Shown: in pieces, positions 44,971 through 53,545 of the stretch | How positions within the stretch are numbered: the stretch's first letter is position 1 | Layout of the letters: every line of letters begins with the position of its first letter | From: Phormidium sp. | GTDB lineage: Bacteria > Cyanobacteriota > Cyanobacteriia > Cyanobacteriales > Aerosakkonemataceae | DNA length: 64,000 nucleotides | Direction: 5' to 3' | Assembly: GCA_051013385.1 (NCBI GenBank) | Contig: CP143273.1 | Coordinates: forward strand, 832,001-896,000 | Made by a program: the position numbers and the translations under genes | The notes under the pieces: model-generated | Told to the model about the DNA's origin: nothing | Database searches by the model: none | What the model saw: only the letters and a program-made list of their open reading frames with translations

Positions 44971-45009
44971 TTACTTATTTACTACTTAGTTATTACTTTT
45001 TTCTTACTT
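44971..45009. promoter_or_regulatory. Four phased [T/C]TACTT direct repeats, 11-bp period
   Basis: Units start at 44971, 44982, 44993 and 45004 in the divergent intergenic region. Confidence 0.6.
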
Positions 45010-45080
45010 TTTTAACTGTCAAACCTTATACAGACTTGTTACAGTGGAACGAAACCAAGCTCAAGGCTGCCAGAACACTT

Positions 45081-45575
45081 ATGGATGATATAGGTGATTT
45101 TTTCAATCAAATAGGAGCTTTCATTACCGAAAGCGTAGTCCTTGTGACAGGAGTAGGTGCATTAGTTGATAATGCTGTCAATGAGTACCCTGAAGAAGAG
45201 CAATCCTGTCAGACAGTATGGGGGGAAAGTTCTGATGTTAATTGTAGATTAGAGGACAATGGAGAGGCAATTGAAAACATGAAAGAAGATAATATTGTCA
45301 GGAAAGATAATGACAATATTGGACGTGGATTTTTTGATTTTATATCAGGTGGCAGCAGCAGTGGTGGAGATGATGACTCTGACGCTGGATATGATTACAA
45401 GTCTGGTTCAACTGTAGACGAATCATCTGGTGGATGGTCAATATTTGGATACTCTGGAGTTGATGCAGATTATAGCGTTGACACCAGCAGCGACTCTTAC
45501 TCCAGTGGCGATTCTGGCGGTGATTATGAGTCTGGCAGCGACTCTGGCAGCGGTGATGGAGGTAGCTGGTGGTAG
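45081..45575 (+). CDS. Acidic Gly/Ser/Asp-rich low-complexity protein
   Basis: Open frame from ATG 45081; tail ...SGSDSGSGDGGSWW. Confidence 0.72.
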   Translation: MDDIGDFFNQIGAFITESVVLVTGVGALVDNAVNEYPEEEQSCQTVWGESSDVNCRLEDNGEAIENMKEDNIVRKDNDNIGRGFFDFISGGSSSGGDDDSDAGYDYKSGSTVDESSGGWSIFGYSGVDADYSVDTSSDSYSSGDSGGDYESGSDSGSGDGGSWW

Positions 45576-45660
45576 AAGCTAGCACAAAGCTTTGCTCTTT
45601 TTAGCCGTCAAATATAATCAAAAGTTGCTATAGCGCTTGAAGAATAAGGATTTGAAAGTT

Positions 45661-46134
45661 ATGCAAGCATTAAAAGAGCAAATTAGCAGAAATTTAATTG
45701 TATACCAGAGAGAAGTAGACCTAAAACTACGCGAACTTTACAACCAAGGACTACTTTCTAAAAGTGACATCGAAGAACTCAAAATTGATGTTGAATTGAC
45801 CGGAAAAGCTGTTTTACAAACCTTTGAGTCACCAATCGATTATCCAGACAGCGTATTAAAGATATATGTCGATAACCTTTTTGATAAATACAGAAGTGAA
45901 GTTGAAGCAAAAATAGCAGCTATCGAAAGAAAAAGGTTAAAAACCCATCAACAACAAAAAGAACAGGATCGCGAAAATAAAAAACAGGCCAATTTAGCCA
46001 ATTTAAATGTAAAAAAAAATATTTTTGCCCAAGTTATGAATTGTATGAATTGGGTTGCTGGACAAGTTATGAATTGGTGTGCTGGAATTGGACAACAAAA
46101 CAATAAAGTTGTAAAAAAGCGCGACAATGATTGA
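45661..46134 (+). CDS. Hypothetical coiled-coil protein
   Basis: AAGGA upstream of ATG 45661; overlaps the next gene. Confidence 0.7.
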   Translation: MQALKEQISRNLIVYQREVDLKLRELYNQGLLSKSDIEELKIDVELTGKAVLQTFESPIDYPDSVLKIYVDNLFDKYRSEVEAKIAAIERKRLKTHQQQKEQDRENKKQANLANLNVKKNIFAQVMNCMNWVAGQVMNWCAGIGQQNNKVVKKRDND

Positions 46135-46447
46135 TTTTTGGTTTGCTTTGATCTGGATGATGGTTTTTGTGCTGCCAGCAATATGGATATTGTTGGGAAT
46201 AGCCTATGTCATCAACAAAAAACTTCCTATGGGAACACCCTGGTTATCAGATTTACCTATGAACATCGGGATTAGCCTATTAAATATGATGAATAATTGT
46301 GCTAGTAACAAGGAAATTAGACTTGCAGCTAGATCTGCAATTTTAGTTTCAGGTGCTATCACAGCAATTTTTCAGCAGCATTTACTTTTCCATTCAATTG
46401 TTTGGGTAATTTTGATTTGTTTTTTGCTTAGTTTTGTAGAAGACTAA
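46127..46447 (+). CDS. Small membrane protein (about 3 TM)
   Basis: Hydrophobic segments; overlaps the upstream gene by 8 bp. Confidence 0.72.
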   Translation: MIDFWFALIWMMVFVLPAIWILLGIAYVINKKLPMGTPWLSDLPMNIGISLLNMMNNCASNKEIRLAARSAILVSGAITAIFQQHLLFHSIVWVILICFLLSFVED

Positions 46448-46480
46448 TTTTTAATAAAATACCTAATTAGGAGTGAAGAA

Positions 46481-46894
46481 ATGATAGAAGAAAAAATTTC
46501 TACAGTAACGATTAGCGGTAAGAAAGTTCCCGTAACTTTAAAAGGAGATGGCGGTCAATACTCTCGAATAGTTTTAGGTAGTTCTGCTGCACAAGATCTA
46601 ATTTTTAAGTTGGTTGGTCGAGCATTAGCAACTCCAGTTAAAGCATTGTCTATCGTTATTAGTGAGGGATATATTGATATAATTGCAACTTTTACTGAGA
46701 TGGGTACAGAACTACACAGAATAAAGCTAGAAGCTGAAATGCAAAAGATGCACGATGTTCTGGAAGCTTTTGGCTCGGAAATTAGCGATCTTGCTAGTCT
46801 TCCATATACAGATCAAACTAAGAAGTTATATGAAGAGAGGCTTTTACAAAGAATGGATCAAAGGCTGAAGCGTTTCCAGAATGATAAGATCTAG
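46481..46894 (+). CDS. Hypothetical protein
   Basis: AGGAG SD; 137 aa. Confidence 0.75.
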   Translation: MIEEKISTVTISGKKVPVTLKGDGGQYSRIVLGSSAAQDLIFKLVGRALATPVKALSIVISEGYIDIIATFTEMGTELHRIKLEAEMQKMHDVLEAFGSEISDLASLPYTDQTKKLYEERLLQRMDQRLKRFQNDKI

Positions 46895-46945
46895 CTATTC
46901 TCCTGAGTGCAAAATTTCAAACAATCTGTCTTGGAGTCAATAACC

Positions 46946-47164
46946 ATGCGACAAAATAATGACCATTTGAATCAGATATCTTACTCCTTAGTGAGAGTCA
47001 GCAGCAGTAAAATCCGTAAGTACGATCATAGCCTTGCTACTGGAATTGTACTTGCTCCTTATTCTGCTTATCAGTCAGCGGTAGTTGCTGTAGAACACGC
47101 AGCTAACAAAAGCGATGTCAAAAGGATTAAGTTTGAAACTTTGTGGGATACGACTTTCGGCTAA
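46946..47164 (+). CDS. Short hypothetical protein or fragment
   Basis: GGAG upstream of ATG 46946; no motif. Confidence 0.35.
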   Translation: MRQNNDHLNQISYSLVRVSSSKIRKYDHSLATGIVLAPYSAYQSAVVAVEHAANKSDVKRIKFETLWDTTFG

Positions 47165-47210
47165 ACAAGAAGAGTGTTAAAGACAGTAGATAACATCGAA
47201 GGAGAAGAAT

Positions 47211-47262
47211 CGTCGCACTTTCCCCCTCCATCAAACTAAGTGGTTTTGGATTGTGCGATCGC
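47211..47262. repeat. HIP1-bounded ~55-bp repeat, copy 1 (left HIP1 degenerate)
   Basis: ...TCGCACTTTCCCCCTCCATCAAACTAAGTGGTTTTGGATTGTGCGATCGC. Confidence 0.85.
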
Positions 47263-47314
47263 ACTTTAACTTTCTGAAGATAGCTGAATTTCAATTAATT
47301 CATTACCTAAAAGT

Positions 47315-48181
47315 TCACGCCAAATTTTCCAACCAAGCAGTTAAATCATCTGGGGATGAAAAATCTAACAACGCTTCTGCTAATTCCTCTAATTGAGTAA
47401 TTGATAAAGCACGAACTCTCTCTTCTGTGCTGGGTGCAACTTCTCCCACCCGTCGCTGCAACTGGCGCAAAATTACTAACACTTCCCGTTGTAAACCTTG
47501 TTGTAAACCTTGTTGTAAACCTTGTTGTAAACCGCGTTGAACGCCTTTTTGAAGTATTTCTTGATAAAACAAAGATTCTTGCATATTATCCTCCCGAAAT
47601 AGCTGACCGATCAGATTTGGTTTATGCAGTAATCCTGACATTACTGCGGTACAAACTAATATTTCTCTTCGCTGTGTGGGGTCTTGTATTAATTCTACTC
47701 TTGCTGCTACTTTTTGTAACAATTCTCTTGGTGATTCACTGCGAGTTAGAGGTGCTAGGGGTAGCAAGGCGGGCTCTGCTAAAAACAATTCTGAGTCTTC
47801 TTCCCATAACCGAATTATGCGATAAGAATGTATTGTGTTTGCTTCCTGAAATCTGTCTATGAGAACTAGGGGTGAATCTATACGTTGCAGGAAAATTACT
47901 ACTTGTTCTATTTTACATCTGTATTTTCCATAAAGGCGCACCCAGTAGTTGAGCATCCGTTCGGGAATTGGTGGATCTGAATAAGGTAATTTTTCAAATT
48001 CTAAGTGTAAGATTGTGTTGCCGAATCGTAATAAAATTAAGGAATCTGCTCTAATTGGTTCGGCAGGTAATTCGGTTTTAAGGATTTCGACTGTGGTAAA
48101 TTCCTCATTAGGTAATAACCAGCGAACGAAACTGGCTGGATTTTGGGAGGCGATGTATTTACAGGTGTTATCGTAAGCCAA
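47315..48181 (-). CDS. Rpn-family (PD-(D/E)xK) protein with DUF4351 C-terminus, copy 1
   Basis: YDNTCKY...KTELPAEPIRADSL...LHLEF...RML.Y; (QQGL)n; LSITQLEELAEALLDF; TTG start. Confidence 0.9.
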   Translation of the reverse strand: MAYDNTCKYIASQNPASFVRWLLPNEEFTTVEILKTELPAEPIRADSLILLRFGNTILHLEFEKLPYSDPPIPERMLNYWVRLYGKYRCKIEQVVIFLQRIDSPLVLIDRFQEANTIHSYRIIRLWEEDSELFLAEPALLPLAPLTRSESPRELLQKVAARVELIQDPTQRREILVCTAVMSGLLHKPNLIGQLFREDNMQESLFYQEILQKGVQRGLQQGLQQGLQQGLQREVLVILRQLQRRVGEVAPSTEERVRALSITQLEELAEALLDFSSPDDLTAWLENLA

Positions 48182-48280
48182 GTTTTTGCTTTTCTGTGAG
48201 CGGAGTTTACGGTTTTTTAGATTATACTTGCTCTCGATAAAGTTGGGGAAAAAATGGGGATAATTCTATATATTGTTGTG

Positions 48281-48335
48281 TCGATCGCACTTCCTCCCCT
48301 TCATCAAACTAAGTTATTTTGGATTGTGCGATCGC
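48281..48335. repeat. HIP1-bounded repeat, copy 2
   Basis: Same core CATCAAACTAAGTT.TTTTGGATTGTGCGATCGC; supplies the stop codon of the 116-aa gene. Confidence 0.85.
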
Positions 48336-48659
48336 CTTCTTTTCCTGAAGCATACTAAAGCTACCGTAAACAATCGAAATTTCAAAAATATCTGTATGAA
48401 TCAAAGCAGGTTTTAAGTGTGCTGCTTCACCCAAATGAATACCAATTAAATCTGCTAATTCTGACTCTACTTCCTCTTCATCGTGAACATCCCATCTGAT
48501 TTCACGACAATCTTTAAATACTAGCGAATAAGGTAAGCGATCGCCTGTTGGATCGTATAAGCATTGAACTAACACCTCAGTACCCCAACGATAAATTTTT
48601 ACATTTGTTACCAGAGATGTAAGTCCACCTAAACCTAGCAAATTATAATCGTCAGCCAT
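48309..48659 (-). CDS. 116-aa hypothetical protein (immunity-like), copy 1
   Basis: Near-identical to 49808..50158; ATG 48659. Confidence 0.8.
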   Translation of the reverse strand: MADDYNLLGLGGLTSLVTNVKIYRWGTEVLVQCLYDPTGDRLPYSLVFKDCREIRWDVHDEEEVESELADLIGIHLGEAAHLKPALIHTDIFEISIVYGSFSMLQEKKAIAQSKIT

Positions 48660-48690
48660 ACTTATAAATAGGAGGAAACGAGAGTGAAAG

Positions 48691-48747
48691 GCGATCGCAC
48701 TTTCTCCCCCCTCCATCAAACTAAGTTGTTTTGGATTGTGCGATCGC
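48691..48747. repeat. HIP1-bounded repeat, copy 3
   Basis: GCGATCGCACTT...CCATCAAACTAAGTTGTTTTGGATTGTGCGATCGC. Confidence 0.85.
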
Positions 48748-48785
48748 ATCTTAGCTAAATTTATTTGATTCCCCAACCTAAAAGG

Positions 48786-49679
48786 TTACTTTAAATTCTG
48801 CAACCAAGTAATCAAATCATCTGGTGATGAGAAATCTAGCAACGCTTCCGCTAATTCTTCCAATTGAGAAATAGATAAAGTGCAAATTCTGTCTTCTGTA
48901 CTGATGGGAATTTCTCCCACTCGCCGCCTAAGTAAACGCAGAGTTTGTAGAAGTGCCTGCTGTTTTTGTCCTTGTTCTATACCTTGCTGTAAGCCTTGTT
49001 GTAAACCCTGTTGTAAACCTTGTTGTAAACCGCGTTGAACGCCTTTTTGAAGTATTTCTTGATAAAACAAAGATTCTTGCATATTATCCTCCCGAAATAG
49101 CTGACTAATCAGATTTGGTTTATGCAGCAATCCTGACATTACTGCGGTACAAACTAGTATTTCTCTTCGCTGTGTGGGGTCTTGGATTAATTCTACTCTT
49201 GCTGCTACTTCCTGCAACAATTCTCTTGGTGATTCGCTGCGAGTTAGAGGTGCTAAAGGTAGCAAGGCGGGCTCTGCTAAAAACAATTCTGAGTCTTCTT
49301 CCCATAACCGAATTATGCGATAAGAATGTATTGTGTTTGCTTCCTGAAATCTGTCTATGAGAACTAGGGGTGAATCTATACGTTGCAGGAAAATTACTAC
49401 TTGTTCTATTTTACATCTGTATTTTCCATAAAGGCGTACCCAATAGTTGAGCATCCGTTCGGGAATTGGGGGGTCTGAATAAGGTAATTTTTCAAATTCT
49501 AGGTGTAAGATTGTGTTGCCGAATCTTAATAAAATTAAGGAATCTGCTCTAATTGGTTCGGCGGGTAATTCGGTTTTGAGGATTTCGACTGTGGTGAATT
49601 CCTCATGAGGTAATAACCAGCGAACGAAACTGGCTGGATTTTGGGAGGCGATGTATTTGCAGGTGTTATCGTAAGCCAA
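48786..49679 (-). CDS. Rpn/DUF4351 protein, copy 2 (divergent C-terminal tail)
   Basis: N-terminal ~215 aa nearly identical to copies 1 and 3; tail QKQQALLQTLRLLRRRVGEIP differs. Confidence 0.9.
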   Translation of the reverse strand: MAYDNTCKYIASQNPASFVRWLLPHEEFTTVEILKTELPAEPIRADSLILLRFGNTILHLEFEKLPYSDPPIPERMLNYWVRLYGKYRCKIEQVVIFLQRIDSPLVLIDRFQEANTIHSYRIIRLWEEDSELFLAEPALLPLAPLTRSESPRELLQEVAARVELIQDPTQRREILVCTAVMSGLLHKPNLISQLFREDNMQESLFYQEILQKGVQRGLQQGLQQGLQQGLQQGIEQGQKQQALLQTLRLLRRRVGEIPISTEDRICTLSISQLEELAEALLDFSSPDDLITWLQNLK

Positions 49680-49779
49680 GGTTTTGCTTTTTTGTGGGCA
49701 GATTTTCCCTTTTTTTAGATTATACTTGATCCCGATAAACTTGGATAAAAAAATCGGGATTATTTTCGACTTTGCTGTG

Positions 49780-49834
49780 GCGATCGCACTTTCCCCCCTC
49801 CATCAAACTAAGTTGTTTTGGATCGTGCGATCGC
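49780..49834. repeat. HIP1-bounded repeat, copy 4
   Basis: As above; overlaps the stop of 49808..50158. Confidence 0.85.
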
Positions 49835-50158
49835 CTTCTTTTCCTGAAGCACACTAAAACTACCGTAAACAATCGAAATTTCAAAAATATCTGTATGAAT
49901 TAAAGCTGGTTTTAGGTGTGCTGCTTCACCCAAATGAATACCAATTAAATCTGCTAATTCTGACTCTACTTCTTCTTCATCGTGAACATCCCATCTGATT
50001 TCACGACAATCTTTAAATACTAGCGAATAAGGTAAGCGATCGCCTCTTGGATCGTACAAGCATTCAACTAACACCTCCGTACCCCACCGAGAAATTTTTA
50101 CATTTGTTACCAGAGATGTAAGTCCACCTAAACCTAGTAAATTATAATCATCAGCCAT
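49808..50158 (-). CDS. 116-aa hypothetical protein (immunity-like), copy 2
   Basis: Starts 1 bp after the stop of the upstream toxin-like fragment. Confidence 0.8.
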   Translation of the reverse strand: MADDYNLLGLGGLTSLVTNVKISRWGTEVLVECLYDPRGDRLPYSLVFKDCREIRWDVHDEEEVESELADLIGIHLGEAAHLKPALIHTDIFEISIVYGSFSVLQEKKAIARSKTT

Positions 50159-50159
50159 A

Positions 50160-50500
50160 CTAATTACTCACTTTTTCTCCAGTATTGTGTGTATTAACAA
50201 TATGATTGCCAAATTGATCTAGAGTTGATAACAAACTGCCATCTTTACCCAAGCGTAGCCCTTTATTAATATTTTTGCCATCTGAGTCATATCTCGGCGC
50301 GGGTATGCGTACCACTTCGCCATCAGGACGGATGATTACTTTTGAGCGATCGGGAAATTTATATTCAACATAACCACCCTGAGTAATTTTGACATTTGCA
50401 CCAAGTCGAGATAAAAAGTTATTTACTTCTTGGCGAGTTAGTCCAGTTAAATCTCCAAATTCAGATGCAATACCATTTCCACCTACTCCTGAACTCGACA
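50160..50500 (-). pseudogene. Orphan polymorphic-toxin C-terminal-like fragment
   Basis: SSSGVGGNG linker, then ...GYVEYKFPDRSKVIIRPDGEVVR...THNTGEKV. It has no convincing own start; the ORF-track N-terminus runs through the repeat. Confidence 0.5.
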
Positions 50501-50535
50501 CGCAATTACCTTTTAGGAGAAAAAGAGAACAAAAG

Positions 50536-50586
50536 GCGATCGCACTTCCCTCCATCAAACTAAGTTGTTTTGGATTGTGCGATCGC
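50536..50586. repeat. HIP1-bounded repeat, copy 5
   Basis: GCGATCGCACTTCCCTCCATCAAACTAAGTTGTTTTGGATTGTGCGATCGC. Confidence 0.85.
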
Positions 50587-50638
50587 ACTTTAACTTTCTG
50601 AGGATAGATGAACTTCAATTAATTCATTACCTAAAAGG

Positions 50639-51493
50639 TTACGTCAAATTTTCCAACCAAGCAGTTAAATCAGCTGGGGATGAAAAATCTAACAACGCTT
50701 CTGCTAATTCCTCCAATTGAGTAATTGATAAAGCACGAATTCTCTCTTCTGTGCTGGGTGCAACTTCTCCCACCCGTCGCTGTAACTGGCGCAAAATTAC
50801 TAACACTTCCCGTTGTAAACCTTGTTGTAAACCTTGTTGTAAACCGCGTTGAACGCCTTTTTGAAGTATTTCTTGATAAAACAAAGATTCTTGCATATTA
50901 TCCTCCCGAAATAACTGACTAATCAGATTTGGTTTATGGAGCAATCCTGACATTACTGCGGTACAAACTAGTATTTCTCGACGCTGTGAGGGGTCTTGGA
51001 TTAATTCTACTCTTGCTGCTACTTCTTGTAACAATTCTCTTGGGGAGTCGCTGCGAGTTAGAGGTGCTAGGGGTAGCAAGGCGGGCTCTGCTAAAAACAA
51101 TTCTGAGTCTTCTTCCCATAACCGAATTATGCGATAAGAATGTATTGTGTTTGCTTCCTGAAATCTGTCTATGAGAACTAGGGGTGAATCTATACGTTGC
51201 AGGAAAATTACTACTTGTTCTATTTTACATCTGTATTTTCCATAAAGGCGCACCCAGTAGTTGAGCATCCGTTCGGGAATTGGGGGGTCTGAATAAGGTA
51301 ATTTTTCAAATTCTAGGTGTAAGATTGTGTTGCCGAATCGTAATAAAATTAAGGAATCTGCTCTAATTGGTTCGGCGGGTAATTCGGTTTTGAGGATTTC
51401 GACTGTGGTGAATTCCTCATGAGGTAATAACCAGCGAACGAAGCTGGCTGGATTTTGGGAGGCGATGTATTTGCAGGTGTTATCGTAGGCCAA
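50639..51493 (-). CDS. Rpn/DUF4351 protein, copy 3
   Basis: As copy 1, with one fewer QQGL unit. Confidence 0.9.
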   Translation of the reverse strand: MAYDNTCKYIASQNPASFVRWLLPHEEFTTVEILKTELPAEPIRADSLILLRFGNTILHLEFEKLPYSDPPIPERMLNYWVRLYGKYRCKIEQVVIFLQRIDSPLVLIDRFQEANTIHSYRIIRLWEEDSELFLAEPALLPLAPLTRSDSPRELLQEVAARVELIQDPSQRREILVCTAVMSGLLHKPNLISQLFREDNMQESLFYQEILQKGVQRGLQQGLQQGLQREVLVILRQLQRRVGEVAPSTEERIRALSITQLEELAEALLDFSSPADLTAWLENLT

Positions 51494-51591
51494 GGTTTTT
51501 CTGTTTGGCGAGGAGTAGTTTATATTATATTTCTTGTTGCCATGTTTTACCTCATTTGATACTAAATGAATTAATTTTACAAAATAGCTGC

Positions 51592-52932
51592 TTAGGAAAT
51601 TTTGCTTTTTAGTAAATAAGTTTTCATGTCTCCTCTGCCTTTGACATGGATAATTCCCCGTTCTACAAAGTTGTAATGATTCTTTAGTAATTCGTAAGTT
51701 TCACTGGTAACTTGTATGCTGCCTGGTATGCCGTGAGATTCCATGCGACTGGCAATATTTACTGTGTCTCCCCACAAATCATAAATAAATTTTTTCAAAC
51801 CAATTACTCCGGCAACTACTGGGCCATTATTAATGCCAATTCTAATTTGAAAGTTTTGATTATTTTCAGTATTAAATTTGGCTAATTCTTGTTGCATATC
51901 TAAAGCCATTTCTGCGATCGCAAGTGCATGATCTTGCCGAGGCATTGGTAGTCCAGCAACTACCATGTAAGCATCACCAATGGTTTTGATTTTTTCTAAA
52001 TCATGCTTTTCGGCTAATTGGTCAAACAGTGAGAAAATTTTATTGAGTAATTCCACCATTTCTGTTGGGGGAATTTTGGTTGATAATTCAGTAAAACCGA
52101 CAATATCAGCGAATAAAACGGAAGCTTCACTAAAATGTTCGGCTAAAGTTCCACTAGATTGTTTGAGACGATGTGCGATCGATTGGGGTAAAATATTCAG
52201 TAATAAACGTTCCGATTGTTCTTGTTCAATTGCTAATTGCTGATAAGCTACTTCCATTTGACGACGAGATCTAAACTCGGAAAGCTGCAAACGTTCGTAT
52301 AAATAAACAGACAAATCGCAAACAAAACCAACCCAAAACATATACAAAGCTAACAAGGATGTAGTCATCCAAGGTGCAGGCATGGTAGCAGCTTTACCTA
52401 ACAAAAACTGAATGCTAACATAGTAAGTCAAAACTCCCAACTGTGTTGTTAAGTGTAACTGCCAACACACAGGAATTAAGGTAGCCATGCCAAAAAATGC
52501 TAAAGGCCACCCTAAAATATCAGCTTCGATTTTACCTGCAAAAATTGTGTTTATGATTGGTGGAATTAAGGTGACAGACCAAGCAAAAGCCAGAAAAATT
52601 ATGCTGGGATAACGCCGACCGAATTTAGTTTTTAGTAAGAGTAAACAAGTTAATAAGCTTAATTCCTCAGTGATATAAGTAACCAGAACTAAAAATTGGA
52701 AAATTTCTGGATTGAAGAAAAAATTTCTGATTTCTAAGGCGATAAAAGTTAGCAGTCCGATTAAAGCAAGTTGTAAATTTAACTGCAACCGCTTGCGGAG
52801 AAACTCCCGCCGCCATCTTTGGTAATCAGCTGCTTCCACCTGAGTCTGCGCTTGGTGTCCTAGCAGATTTTGGATTAGAGAAGCCCATTGATTTCTGTTT
52901 AGTAGTTGCCGCATCCTGATTGCTAAACCCAA
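51592..52932 (-). CDS. Membrane-bound class III adenylate/guanylate cyclase
   Basis: SERLLLNILP, VLFADIVGFT, KIKTIGDAYM and YDLWGDTVNIASRMES; multi-TM N-terminus; start uncertain. Confidence 0.92.
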   Translation of the reverse strand: MGLAIRMRQLLNRNQWASLIQNLLGHQAQTQVEAADYQRWRREFLRKRLQLNLQLALIGLLTFIALEIRNFFFNPEIFQFLVLVTYITEELSLLTCLLLLKTKFGRRYPSIIFLAFAWSVTLIPPIINTIFAGKIEADILGWPLAFFGMATLIPVCWQLHLTTQLGVLTYYVSIQFLLGKAATMPAPWMTTSLLALYMFWVGFVCDLSVYLYERLQLSEFRSRRQMEVAYQQLAIEQEQSERLLLNILPQSIAHRLKQSSGTLAEHFSEASVLFADIVGFTELSTKIPPTEMVELLNKIFSLFDQLAEKHDLEKIKTIGDAYMVVAGLPMPRQDHALAIAEMALDMQQELAKFNTENNQNFQIRIGINNGPVVAGVIGLKKFIYDLWGDTVNIASRMESHGIPGSIQVTSETYELLKNHYNFVERGIIHVKGRGDMKTYLLKSKIS

Positions 52933-53272
52933 GTTGAAGCTAAATTTAAGACCATCATAGGCTATGGGTTGAGGTAGCTAAGATTTTATTAGGGTCAACT
53001 GTTGCGAAAGTTAGGTAAATATCTGGCTCTATCTTGCTGGGATATGACAGTTGGCACATTGTCTACTTTCAGGTGGATCGCCCAAGTCAGCAAAAAACAA
53101 TTATTCTTTCTACCATTCCTGCTATTTGCGGAAACTATAGCTAAGAATCAAGCCAGCTTACTCTTCAGTCAGATTAAAGACTGACACAGGAGCCCAGGAA
53201 AAAGCCAAGGATATTTACTATTTTTAAATTAAGGACGAGCAACAAAGACAGTAACAAAGAGAGTAATCACAA

Positions 53273-53524
53273 ATGCAAAAAGATATTAATGCACCAATGG
53301 CAGCTGTAGTCAACGACATCGAAGCTTTAATTACCGAAATCGATAAAAATCCTCAGATGTCCTCTTGGGTGATTAGACTAGTACTGAAAACAATTAAAGA
53401 AAAAGCCCGCAAAACAGCGTTAGATAACCAAGCTAATGTTACTAATTTTAATCAAACACCTCATTTTGAATTTTTAACTAATTCATCAGCAATTAGTCCG
53501 GCAAAAATCACAAGTGTAAATTAG
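53273..53524 (+). CDS. Hypothetical protein
   Basis: 83-aa ORF with a helical N-terminus. Confidence 0.55.
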   Translation: MQKDINAPMAAVVNDIEALITEIDKNPQMSSWVIRLVLKTIKEKARKTALDNQANVTNFNQTPHFEFLTNSSAISPAKITSVN

Positions 53525-53545
53525 AGTTTACCCTAAGTTAATCCA

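Noticed and set aside
47211..50586. Five ~55-bp repeats as a CRISPR array
   Set aside because: The 'spacers' are whole genes of 350-1000 bp, and no cas genes are present.
47315..51493. Rpn genes as IS transposases
   Set aside because: No terminal inverted repeats or target duplications flank them; the family's transposase label is not supported by anything in this sequence.
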